NCBI GenBank assembly: GCA_034926635.1
Contig: JAYFQX010000005.1
Coordinates: 70,220 to 134,219, forward strand
Origin: Christensenella sp.
Lineage (GTDB): Bacteria; Bacillota; Clostridia; Christensenellales; Christensenellaceae
Length of the DNA: 64,000 nucleotides
Direction of reading: 5' to 3'
Numbering within the stretch: the first letter of the stretch is position 1; every line of letters begins with the position of its first letter. Shown piece by piece: positions 55,490 through 64,000 of the stretch. The translations under genes were made by a program, and so were the position numbers. The notes under the pieces are model-generated. The model made no database searches and was not told where the DNA came from. It saw only the letters and a program-made list of their open reading frames with translations.

Positions 55490-57898
55490 TTAATCCCTGT
55501 CCTCTTCTTTTTCCTGTTTTAAGGAATCGCCCAGCTTTTTTAACAGACCCTTTTTCTTTCGGCGCGTGAGAACGGAAAGCGCGCCTTTTTGTACAAGGTG
55601 TTCAAACAACTTCATAATGAAGGGCATCAAGAGGATGTTGATTCCTAAAACAATATATTGAGGGATGTTGAGCGGCGTTACGCCGAAGAAATTACTCAGG
55701 AAAATCAGGCACAAGACAAATACGCCGATAGAAGCAGCCAAGATGATTTTTCGGGCGGTGGTAAACGGCTGACTGACTTTGACGACGACCCATATGCCTG
55801 CGGCGGTGGCGAGGAATACACACATGGTGGAAACTGCATCCGGCGTGTATTGGAATACGCCTGCTAAGATATTGACCGCTAAAATGCTCAGGATGACGCA
55901 AAGTCCCCCGGGCAATGATTTTTCTAAGATATTGATCAGGAAGTGTTTCTTGATCGGGGCAAAATTTGGCTCCAGCGCAAGGAAGAATGCGGGGAACCCG
56001 ATGTTGACAAAGCTGATCAGCGTCAATTGCAGCGGCGTAAACGGATAACTGCTGTCAATCAGGATCAGTGTCATCAACGCCAATAAAACGGCATACACTG
56101 TTTTTGTAATAAAAAGGGTGGCAACGCGCTGGATGTTGTTGATCACCTTGCGCCCTTCGTTGACGATATCGGGCATCGTGGCAAAGTTGGAATCCATCAG
56201 TACCAGGTTGGCGATGTTTTTGGCAGCGTCACTGCCCGATGCCATAGCGATACTGCAATCTGATTCACGCAGCGCAAGAACGTCGTTTACGCCGTCGCCT
56301 GTCATGGCAACAGTATGATCCTGCCGCTTGAGTGCGGCGATCAAATCTTTTTTCTGCGCAGGCGTTACCCGGCCAAACACGCTATATTTTGCAGCGGCTT
56401 CCTCGATTTGCTCCAAGGTTGTAAGATGAGAAGCGTCTATCGCTTCATATTTTTTCAGACCGGCTTGCCGTGCGATTGCACTGACGGTTACGGGACTGTC
56501 TCCCGAAATGATTTTAATATCCACCTGTTGTTTTTCGAAAAATTCCAGCGTTGCTTTGGCATCGTCGCGGATTCGATCCGCAATAATGACAAACGCAATG
56601 GGATGAATGCCCGCAGGCACCTCGTTTTCCTTGGATTGGTTGTCGCTGTGCGCCAAAACAAGGACGCGTGCGCCGTCTTTGGCGTAATCGTCCGGATGAA
56701 CATTTGGAAATGGCTGCGGGAAGATAAACTCGTACGCCCCCATTAAATAAGTACCCCGTCCGTCAAAACATACGCCGCTGTATTTGCGGGCGGAAGAAAA
56801 CGGGATGATATGGTTGATGGGGTAATCAAAACGTTCTCCGTATTTTTCGCGGATTGCATTCATAGTGGCGTTATCGTCGGTAAGCGCGCCCGCCATGTTG
56901 GCGAGGAGCCTTGGGATATCGGCTTTGCGCAGCGGAATGGTTCCCTGTACGTGCATTTTGCCTTCGGTGATGGTACCGGTTTTATCCAGGCATAATACGT
57001 CTACGCGCGCAAGCGTCTCGATGCAGTAAAGGTCTTGCACCAGCGTATGGCGCGTCGCCAGGATGACGGCACTGGTGGCAAGCGAAATACTGGTCAGCAG
57101 AATAAGCCCTTCCGGGATCATGCCGATCAGCGCGCCAACTGTTTTTACCGTATTATCTGCGATAGGAAGTCCCACGATAAGCCATTGCTTTAAGAAGAGG
57201 AGCACACCGATAGGGACGATGATGACACTGACGATTTTGAGGATCTTGTTCAGCGCGATACGAAGCTGAGAATAACGTTTTTTGGTCACCTTGGCAGAAG
57301 CGGAGATCCGGTTGGCATAGTTTTCGAGACCCACGTGCTCTACTTGCGCATAGGCGCTGCCCGATACCACGAAGCTACCGGAATAAAGGAAGTCCCCGGG
57401 CGCTTTTACGATTACATCCGATTCCCCTGTGATCAAAGATTCGTTTACTTCAAGAGAACCCTCCAAAACGATGCTGTCAGCGCTGATCTGGTTGCCGGTT
57501 TTCAGCAGGATCACATCATCGAGTACGAGGTCAGTGATGTTGATCACGCTTTGGACGCCGTCGCGTACAACTGTTACTTTGGCGGTGACCATTACGGATA
57601 ATTTGTCAAGTGTGCGCTTGGTTGTGATTTCCTGCACCAGCCCGATGATAAGGTTGCCACCCACCACAAGAAGGAAAGCCAGCTCTTTGATATAGCCGGT
57701 AAGGATAATCAATATCGTAAAAATTAAATTCAGAACATTAAAAAATGTCAGGAAATTATCCTTGAAGATTTGCCGGTATGTTTTTGTTGTATGTGTGTTC
57801 ACCGCGTTGGTCAGTCCTGCCGCGATGCGGTCCTGCACCTGTTTTTCGGTCAGGCCTGTTTTGCAATGCGGCTGAAAGCGCGGTATCTCTTCTGCCAT
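55490..57898 (-). CDS. Cation-translocating P-type ATPase (CtpE-like)
   Basis: ESLITGES, IPEGL, DKTGT, ISGD, TGDGVND. Confidence 0.93.
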   Translation of the reverse strand: MAEEIPRFQPHCKTGLTEKQVQDRIAAGLTNAVNTHTTKTYRQIFKDNFLTFFNVLNLIFTILIILTGYIKELAFLLVVGGNLIIGLVQEITTKRTLDKLSVMVTAKVTVVRDGVQSVINITDLVLDDVILLKTGNQISADSIVLEGSLEVNESLITGESDVIVKAPGDFLYSGSFVVSGSAYAQVEHVGLENYANRISASAKVTKKRYSQLRIALNKILKIVSVIIVPIGVLLFLKQWLIVGLPIADNTVKTVGALIGMIPEGLILLTSISLATSAVILATRHTLVQDLYCIETLARVDVLCLDKTGTITEGKMHVQGTIPLRKADIPRLLANMAGALTDDNATMNAIREKYGERFDYPINHIIPFSSARKYSGVCFDGRGTYLMGAYEFIFPQPFPNVHPDDYAKDGARVLVLAHSDNQSKENEVPAGIHPIAFVIIADRIRDDAKATLEFFEKQQVDIKIISGDSPVTVSAIARQAGLKKYEAIDASHLTTLEQIEEAAAKYSVFGRVTPAQKKDLIAALKRQDHTVAMTGDGVNDVLALRESDCSIAMASGSDAAKNIANLVLMDSNFATMPDIVNEGRKVINNIQRVATLFITKTVYAVLLALMTLILIDSSYPFTPLQLTLISFVNIGFPAFFLALEPNFAPIKKHFLINILEKSLPGGLCVILSILAVNILAGVFQYTPDAVSTMCVFLATAAGIWVVVKVSQPFTTARKIILAASIGVFVLCLIFLSNFFGVTPLNIPQYIVLGINILLMPFIMKLFEHLVQKGALSVLTRRKKKGLLKKLGDSLKQEKEEDRD

Positions 57899-58097
57899 AA
57901 ATTCCCTTCCATACAAAATCTACTATTATCTATTATAACATAGTTTTTGTACTCAGTTTGAACTTTCAGGCAAGAATTTCATACAAATTCCAAACGGTTT
58001 TCGATCAGTTGGCACATTTGTGGGAAGAATTAAGATTATGCCTATGTATAGCCGTTTATTTAATAATCTATATATTGATGTTATATGGAGGGCAGGA

Positions 58098-58493
58098 ATG
58101 AACATCCCTGAAGATTTAAAGTATACGCTGACGCATGAGTGGGTTCGATTCGAAAAAAATGGATATGTGCATATCGGGCTTACGGATTGGGAGCAAAGCC
58201 TGCCGGGACATATTGTTTATATTAACCTTCCTTATACAGGAGAGTTTTATCGTGAAGGAGAGCTTTTTGCAGATGTGGAATCCATGGGCAGCGGATATGA
58301 AGTTTTTATGCCGCTGAGCGGTCGTGTGGTTTCGACCAACATACAGCTTTCCCAGCGCCCGGAAATGCTGAAGGAAGATCCCTACGGAAGCTGGCTAGTG
58401 GAAATCGCGGGCGCCATCGGGGGAAATTTGATGGGGGCGCAGCAATATCGCGCATACCTGACTTATTTAGAGGGAAAAAAGGCGGGAAAATAA
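58098..58493 (+). CDS. Glycine cleavage H-like protein lacking the lipoyl lysine
   Basis: IPEDLKY..THEWVR, P.SG.V...N, DPYG; VESMGS replaces canonical VESVKA. Confidence 0.85.
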   Translation: MNIPEDLKYTLTHEWVRFEKNGYVHIGLTDWEQSLPGHIVYINLPYTGEFYREGELFADVESMGSGYEVFMPLSGRVVSTNIQLSQRPEMLKEDPYGSWLVEIAGAIGGNLMGAQQYRAYLTYLEGKKAGK

Positions 58494-58528
58494 AAAAAGC
58501 GTCTGCATAAGGGGGAGACGCTCTTTTT
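58494..58528 (+). terminator. Intrinsic terminator
   Basis: AGCGTCT...AGACGCT followed by CTTTTT. Confidence 0.65.
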
Positions 58529-58734
58529 GAGGAAGAATAATGAAAAATTTTATTGGTGTTTGTTTATGCTTTCAATATACACGTAATTTATGAATTTTAT
58601 TTGTTTTTTGTGTGAAAATTCTATTAAAAATATATGACAAAACAGGCAGCGAAAATCCTATTCGTTGTTTTTTGTTCCTATCTATTGTATGATAAAAAAA
58701 ATACCTTGATAAAACCGTGAAAAAGGAGAATAAA

Positions 58735-59292
58735 ATGGAATTCAGCGAATTGTTATATGTACGGGAAAGCTGTCGGCATTTTTCGGACAGGCAGGTGGAA
58801 AAAGAAAAACTGGAACGCATTTTAACGGCTGCCAGCCTTGCGCCCAGCGGATGTAACAGTCAGCCGTGGCATTTTACGGTGATTTCGCAAGAGCCGGAAA
58901 AAGAAATGCTTAGGGAAATGATCGTGAGAGGCGCGGAAGACGAATCAACCAAGTTGAATTTATTTGTTCGGGAGGTTCCTGTATTTGTTGTCATCACTGA
59001 GGAGCATGCAAAGCTGCTGCCGGCGCCAGAGAAGAAATATGGTTCTCAGCATTTCGCGCAGATAGACGTCGGTTTGTGCGCCGCATACCTTACGTTTGCA
59101 GCAGCGGACGAAGGACTGGGCAGCTGCATGATTGGGATGTTCCAGGATGAAAAAGTAAAAGAATTGGTGGGTGCGCCGCATGAAAGCACGGTACGGCTGG
59201 TGGTTGCGCTTGGATATTCCGCAGATCAAAAAGCGCCGCGCAAAAAGGTACGCAGGTCGATTGCGGAAAGCGTATCTTATGGAAAACGGTAA
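58735..59292 (+). CDS. Nitroreductase family protein
   Basis: RESCRHFS, APSGCNSQPWHF, EGLGSCMIG. Confidence 0.92.
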   Translation: MEFSELLYVRESCRHFSDRQVEKEKLERILTAASLAPSGCNSQPWHFTVISQEPEKEMLREMIVRGAEDESTKLNLFVREVPVFVVITEEHAKLLPAPEKKYGSQHFAQIDVGLCAAYLTFAAADEGLGSCMIGMFQDEKVKELVGAPHESTVRLVVALGYSADQKAPRKKVRRSIAESVSYGKR

Positions 59293-59341
59293 GGAAGAAA
59301 TGAAATTTTGAGGCTTATGCGCCGCAGAACAGGAGATGTTT

Positions 59342-61144
59342 ATGAAAAAGCAAATACGCGTGACGGCGCTGGTAATAGCGATTTTATTGTGTGCCGTGTT
59401 GGGAGCTGGCTGCAGCGTGATTACGGCGACCACGGATGCTGTGAACTCTGCACTACAGGATTATGTTTCGCAAAGTTCCCCAAGCGCTTCATCGCAGGCG
59501 ACGCTTCCGCCGATAGGTTTAACCGATGCGCAGGCGACGCCGTTTGACGAAATTGAATATATCCGTCCGGATGCGCAGGCAGAAGCCGATACGTTGGGAG
59601 CTCTTGCACAGCAGGTCGCTGCATGCAGCGATGCAGAGCAGCTTGCGGAGATTTTTCGTCAGGGGGAAAGCCTGTATGGAAATTACCAGACGATGTATAA
59701 TCTGGCGTCCCTGCAATACAGCAGGGATTTTACAGATGCCGTCTGGGAAGAGGAAGCCCGGGTGACTGCCGAGGGAATGGTTGTGGTAGACGAGGCATAC
59801 CAGGAATTCTATCTGTCGCTTTACGATTCGCCGTTCAGTGAGCAGATCGAGGAGCAAAGCCCAGGCTACTTTGACGGTATTTCGGAAGAACGAGACTGGT
59901 ACGCGGGAAACGCGGAGGAATTATATGAGCGGGAAGCGAGCCTGATCAACGATTACAACAAGGCGCTGGCCACGGCGGCGATCACCTATCAGGGCACGGA
60001 AATGACTATCAGCGATCTTTATGGGCTAGAAGATTACGACAGTTATCGCGAGGCGATACTTGCATGGGGAGACGAATATAATGCTGCTTTGGGGAATCTT
60101 TATATTGAACTGGTAAAAACACGCAGTCAGCTTGCCCGGGAACTTGGTTTTGAGAATTATACGGAAATGGTGTTTGAGCAAAATAAGATGGATTATACAC
60201 CGGAAATGATGGATGCCTTCATAGAAGGTGTTGTGGAGAACCTCGGACCGGTTTATCGCGAGGTAGTAGGATATTATGTTGAGGATGCCGTTGATTTTGA
60301 AACAATGGCGGACTTTCTGCAAACACAGCTTTTCAATATGGACGAGGAACTGGGGTCGTCCTTTGCATTGATGCGCCAATATGGGTTGATCGATTATGAA
60401 CCCCGTAATTACAAAGACAGCGGCGCCTATACGACCTATTTTCAGGAATTTGGATCGCCGTTTATTTTAATGAACTATTCCGGGGACGAATACAGCTGGA
60501 ATACGCTGGTGCATGAATTTGGGCATTTCAATGATTATCTAACCATGGGGCAGGTGCCCGGGACCATCGACACGGCGGAGACGTATTCTCAAGGGCTCGA
60601 AATGCTGATGGCAGGTTCTTATGCGGAGCTTTTGGGGGAAGATACAGGATACTCTGTGGAATATAATCTGGTACTGGATAAACTGAGCTCCATGGTGAGA
60701 CAGCCATATTATACTGCGATCGAGCAGGAAGTATATGCCATGGATCCTGATGCGCTTACTGTGGAGGCGATCAATGAGATTGCATCGCGGCAGGCGATGC
60801 GGTTTGGGCTTGCAACGGAGGAGGATGCGCAGCTATATACGATCGAATGGGTGACGACCCCGCATATTTTTGAAGCGCCGTACTATACGTTTGCCTACGC
60901 GACTTCCGCCGATGTATCCGTACAATTATGGGAGATCGCACGAACGGACAGGGCGGCTGCGGCCGAAACTTATCTGCGATTATTGGCGCGGGAAAAAAGC
61001 ACGGAGTTTATCGCAAATACCGAGGCGGCTGGACTTGTGAGTCCGTTTGCAGAAGGGGAAACACAGCGAATTGCGGCGTTGTTCTCGCGCTACCTTGTAG
61101 AGGAAGACTGGACAGAAGAGGCTGTGCTGCAAGAGGCGGCATAA
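59342..61144 (+). CDS. M3 family (oligoendopeptidase-like) metallopeptidase lipoprotein
   Basis: Lipobox LGAGC; GAYTT, HEFGH, AETYSQ, PYY motifs. Confidence 0.8.
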   Translation: MKKQIRVTALVIAILLCAVLGAGCSVITATTDAVNSALQDYVSQSSPSASSQATLPPIGLTDAQATPFDEIEYIRPDAQAEADTLGALAQQVAACSDAEQLAEIFRQGESLYGNYQTMYNLASLQYSRDFTDAVWEEEARVTAEGMVVVDEAYQEFYLSLYDSPFSEQIEEQSPGYFDGISEERDWYAGNAEELYEREASLINDYNKALATAAITYQGTEMTISDLYGLEDYDSYREAILAWGDEYNAALGNLYIELVKTRSQLARELGFENYTEMVFEQNKMDYTPEMMDAFIEGVVENLGPVYREVVGYYVEDAVDFETMADFLQTQLFNMDEELGSSFALMRQYGLIDYEPRNYKDSGAYTTYFQEFGSPFILMNYSGDEYSWNTLVHEFGHFNDYLTMGQVPGTIDTAETYSQGLEMLMAGSYAELLGEDTGYSVEYNLVLDKLSSMVRQPYYTAIEQEVYAMDPDALTVEAINEIASRQAMRFGLATEEDAQLYTIEWVTTPHIFEAPYYTFAYATSADVSVQLWEIARTDRAAAAETYLRLLAREKSTEFIANTEAAGLVSPFAEGETQRIAALFSRYLVEEDWTEEAVLQEAA

Positions 61145-61291
61145 ATATTTTTTCTAAAATATTGCGGGAGCCTTAAAAGTTTATGAAGATGGTGCAACGT
61201 CTGTTGACTTGCCCGGTTGCCAAACATATACTTGAAAATAGAAAGACAAAGCGGGCACAAAAGTCCGCGAAATAAGGGAGGTAACGGTTTT

Positions 61292-61750
61292 ATGGCTGAA
61301 TTTAAATATTGCAGGAATTGCGGGAAGCAATTGAACCCGGGGGAGCAGGTTTGCCTGGGCTGCGGCGTTCCTGTGGGGACGGGGCATAATTATTGCTGGA
61401 ACTGCGGCGGAAAGACGGATCCGCAGGCGGTTGTCTGTGTGACGTGCGGCGCAGGTTTGGTACCCCAAAACGGCGGGCAGCCAAATACGGCGCAGCAGAC
61501 GCAAAACCCAAATGCGAAGTCGAAGATAGCCGCGGGAATTCTGGCGATTCTTTTAGGCTGGCTTGGGATTTATAATTTTTACCTTGGTTATACAGGCAAG
61601 GCTGTGGGGCAGTTGATTTTGGGCTTGCTCGGGTTTTTGACGTTTGGCATTACCACATGGGCGGCTGCCATTTGGGGGCTTGTGGAAGGTATTATGATCC
61701 TTACAGGGAGTATTTCCAAAGATGCAAACGGCGTTCCGCTTGTTAATTGA
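61292..61750 (+). CDS. Double zinc ribbon + TM2 domain membrane protein
   Basis: CRNC/CLGC and CWNC/CVTC; KSKIAAGILAILLGWLGIYNFYLG TM2 motif. Confidence 0.88.
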   Translation: MAEFKYCRNCGKQLNPGEQVCLGCGVPVGTGHNYCWNCGGKTDPQAVVCVTCGAGLVPQNGGQPNTAQQTQNPNAKSKIAAGILAILLGWLGIYNFYLGYTGKAVGQLILGLLGFLTFGITTWAAAIWGLVEGIMILTGSISKDANGVPLVN

Positions 61751-61775
61751 CAAGACAGAAGGAGCGTATCAAAGG

Positions 61776-61807
61776 ACAGCGGCAGGTAGATCTGCCGCTG
61801 TTTTTTT
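61776..61807 (+). terminator. Intrinsic terminator
   Basis: ACAGCGGCAG-GTAGAT-CTGCCGCTGT-TTTTTT. Confidence 0.85.
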
Positions 61808-61857
61808 GTATGCGGAAAAAGCCTTAGGGCAAGGGAGATCGGGCGCATGTTAAGATT

Positions 61858-61874
61858 CGTTGCTTGCAGCAACG
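61858..61874. promoter_or_regulatory. Inverted repeat upstream of the XRE gene, candidate operator
   Basis: CGTTGC-TTGCA-GCAACG. Confidence 0.5.
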
Positions 61875-61918
61875 GCAAAAGATTTGTATCATAAATGCGA
61901 GGACAGGAGGAACAGAAA

Positions 61919-62446
61919 ATGCTTGGTGAAAATTTAAAGAATATCCGTAAGGCAAAAGGACTTTCGCAGGAAGAGCTGGCTGCAAAGTTAAATGTGGTAA
62001 GGCAAACAATTTCCAAATGGGAAAAAGGAATCTCCGTACCGGATTCGGAAATGCTGATCGAAATAGCGAATACGTTGGAGACGCCGGTTTTTATTCTGCT
62101 GGGCGAAACGGCTGGATTACAGGAACCACCGGACACAATCCAAAGCCTCTCGGAAAAATTGACGCTGGTCAACGAGCAGCTAGCCAAACATGCGGAACAA
62201 AAACGGAAGGCGGCAAGGATCGTATCGCTGGCTGCGCTGGTTGTGGCAGCGGCGTTCTTGATTTTGCAGGTGATCTCGGCATTTCTCGTGATGCCGGTAG
62301 AAAATGCGGGAATTTCCGTGATTGGCGGCGCAGACGGACCAACAGCTATTTTTGTAGCGGCATCGGTGAATGTCCCCGGCGTACTGGTCGCCGCTGCGGT
62401 AATCGTTGCTGCCGTTTCTGCTATTTGCCTTACGAGAAAAAAATAA
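61919..62446 (+). CDS. XRE family HTH protein with two-TM tail carrying a GGADGPT motif
   Basis: LSQEELAAKLNVVRQTISKWEKG HTH; C-terminal TM-GGADGPTAIF-TM. Confidence 0.87.
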   Translation: MLGENLKNIRKAKGLSQEELAAKLNVVRQTISKWEKGISVPDSEMLIEIANTLETPVFILLGETAGLQEPPDTIQSLSEKLTLVNEQLAKHAEQKRKAARIVSLAALVVAAAFLILQVISAFLVMPVENAGISVIGGADGPTAIFVAASVNVPGVLVAAAVIVAAVSAICLTRKK

Positions 62447-62474
62447 ACGCGATAAAAAAACGTTTTTTAATGCT

Positions 62475-62520
62475 AAAAAACCCTATGCGCGGTTCTGAAT
62501 GACGGCATAGGGTTTTTCTT
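62475..62520. terminator. Bidirectional terminator
   Basis: AAAAAACCCTATGC...GCATAGGGTTTTT. Confidence 0.75.
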
Positions 62521-62546
62521 CTTTGATTGAATGATTTTTCTGCGTT

Positions 62547-63068
62547 TCAGTAGGAAACGGTAGGGCGCAGCGAAAACCGCCTGCGCAGGGAGAGCATCGG
62601 ATGGTAAAGCGCCGCCGCAATCCCAACGCCGCAGCCTGCCTGGAGCAGGTTAGGCACAATGGTAACGGCAACGGCAGCGAAGCCGCCATTCAGGAAAAAT
62701 TCATAGGTGCAGTATCCAAACGCCATAACGAGCGACGCCAGCAGGCACGCGATGAAATAACGTTTGAAGGAAACGCTTTTCAGCGTCATCATTCCTACGA
62801 TAAGCGCCATGCAGCCTTTGATGACGAGGGTTGCAGGAATATAAACTGCTGAACCGAGCGCGAGGTCTGCCAGCGCGGAGCCGACAGCAGCGGCAAATAC
62901 CGCGTAAGGCCCGCCTAAAATAAAGGATAGGCAATAAATGATGACGTCGCCTACATTGAAGTAGGCGCCTTTTACGCCGGGAACGGGGATGTAGACCAGC
63001 ATGGTGACAATAAAGACCAATGCAGCCATAACGGCGGTTGTTGTAAGTTTTTTTGTTTTCTGTTCCAT
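62547..63068 (-). CDS. ECF transporter S component
   Basis: YFNVGD, GSALADL, PATLVIKG motifs; about 5-6 TM; start behind GAGGAG. Confidence 0.88.
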   Translation of the reverse strand: MEQKTKKLTTTAVMAALVFIVTMLVYIPVPGVKGAYFNVGDVIIYCLSFILGGPYAVFAAAVGSALADLALGSAVYIPATLVIKGCMALIVGMMTLKSVSFKRYFIACLLASLVMAFGYCTYEFFLNGGFAAVAVTIVPNLLQAGCGVGIAAALYHPMLSLRRRFSLRPTVSY

Positions 63069-63146
63069 TGCGGTTCTCCTCTTTTTTTCCGGACGTTTCC
63101 TGCCGTAATTATGGTAACCCGCAGGCGCATGCTGAAACATGACGGG

Positions 63147-63250
63147 ATTGTATTCTTCCGGATTTTAATTGTATGCATCTATTTGACTACAATATTTATT
63201 ATAGAATTGTTTTCGTGTGCTTTCAATGCTATAATTGTATGCAATACAAT
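63147..63250. promoter_or_regulatory. Divergent promoters with ATTGTAT boxes (probable MocR sites)
   Basis: ATTGTAT at 63147 and 63168; ATTGTAT-GCA-ATACAAT at 63234-63250; leftward TTGAAA-17-TATAAT (63226-63198); rightward TTGTTT-17-TATAAT (63207-63235). Confidence 0.7.
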
Positions 63251-63296
63251 AAACTGAAATGGGTAACTGCAGGATCGCCCGAAAGGATGGAAGAGA

Positions 63297-64000
63297 ATGC
63301 AACGTTTTTATTATGATGATCTGTCATGGAAGCCGGAGATTGGGAAAACAGGGAAACCGGTTTATAAAGAAATCATCAGCGCGCTGCGCCGCGATATCAA
63401 AGAGGGCGCACTGAAGCCGGGAGACAGACTGCCGCCGCAAAGGGAGCTCGCTGATTTTTTGGGTATCAACCTCAGCACGGTGACACGTGCGTTTAAAATT
63501 TGCGAGCAAAAAGGGCTGATTTACGCGACGGTGGGAAAAGGGACATTTGTTTCGGCTGACATCGAGGCGGGGGAAGCAGGGGAAACCGCTGATGGTGCCG
63601 CAGCGCCGCATTTGGTGGATCTGGGAATGATTTATCCGCTGTATAACAGGGATGAAGAGATCATAGAAGCAATGCGCCATGTTGCGCTTTCCGATGAAAT
63701 CGAGCAATGCCTTTCTTATGACGCGCCCCAAAAGAGGCGCGCGGACGGGCAGACTGGCGCAGCGTGGATCGAAAAAATGAATTATCATGTGCAGCCGGAA
63801 CATGTATTTGCTGTTGCCGGCGTACAGAATGCACTGGCGATTGCCCTTACATCACTGTTTTCGGCAGGGGATAAAATTGCGGTCGACAGCTATACCTATA
63901 CAGGATTTAAAAACCTGGCGTATATGCTGGGGATTCGTCTGGTACCCGTCGAAGCGGATGCGCAGGGGATGGACCCCGATGCGCTGCGCAAAATATGTAC
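63297..64000 (+). CDS. MocR/GabR family PLP-dependent regulator (truncated by window end, not in ORF track)
   Basis: Translated by hand: MQRFYYDDLSWKP...LKPGDRLPPQRELADFLGINLSTVTRAF...VGKGTFV, then aminotransferase-like sequence; frame open to the end. Confidence 0.9.
   Translation, partial: MQRFYYDDLSWKPEIGKTGKPVYKEIISALRRDIKEGALKPGDRLPPQRELADFLGINLSTVTRAFKICEQKGLIYATVGKGTFVSADIEAGEAGETADGAAAPHLVDLGMIYPLYNRDEEIIEAMRHVALSDEIEQCLSYDAPQKRRADGQTGAAWIEKMNYHVQPEHVFAVAGVQNALAIALTSLFSAGDKIAVDSYTYTGFKNLAYMLGIRLVPVEADAQGMDPDALRKIC

Noticed and set aside
63069-63146. CCTGC...GCAGG hairpin in the ECF S leader as a preQ1-like riboswitch
   Set aside because: Lacks the loop and A-rich tail consensus; regulation is better explained by the MocR boxes

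Overview
A 64-kb chromosomal window from a Clostridia-type Firmicute. The basis is sigmaA-type promoters, GGAGG RBSs and lipoprotein solute-binding proteins; a Christensenellaceae-like assignment is only a guess. I recognised no rRNA, tRNA, CRISPR array, transposase or integrase. From left to right the window holds: (1) 80-13090, a GntR-led carbohydrate catabolic cluster of unknown substrate, with a YdjL-like dehydrogenase, a 2-hydroxyacid dehydrogenase, an atypical class II aldolase, an FGGY kinase, an ABC transporter with twin binding proteins, an orphan TIM barrel and a PIG-L deacetylase; (2) MalY/PatB, an RND transporter with TetR, and a HAD hydrolase; (3) 19760-25993, the most unusual region; (4) glgP, a thioredoxin-like gene, MGMT-mscL-gloA, an APC permease, a two-domain PPK2 and an ABC-2 exporter; (5) an LsrB/RhaS-like sugar ABC transporter with variant DhaK/DhaL and LacI; (6) AKR, YdcF, feoAB, DUF5996 and hcpR/hcp; (7) zinc-ribbon/DUF4190 paralogs with a 30-bp VNTR, a P-type ATPase, a GcvH-like protein lacking the lipoyl lysine, a nitroreductase, an M3 peptidase lipoprotein, a TM2 protein, an XRE-membrane protein, an ECF S component and a divergent, truncated MocR regulator. 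Region (3) is a six-gene leftward operon of cysteine-rich zinc-finger/zinc-ribbon proteins. It is headed by an unannotated 51-aa ORF that resembles the C-terminal helix pair of the XRE regulator in the divergent lipoprotein/membrane-LuxR/XRE operon, suggesting a SinI/SinR-like switch. Many start sites were re-called from RBS positions and differ from the supplied ORF track.
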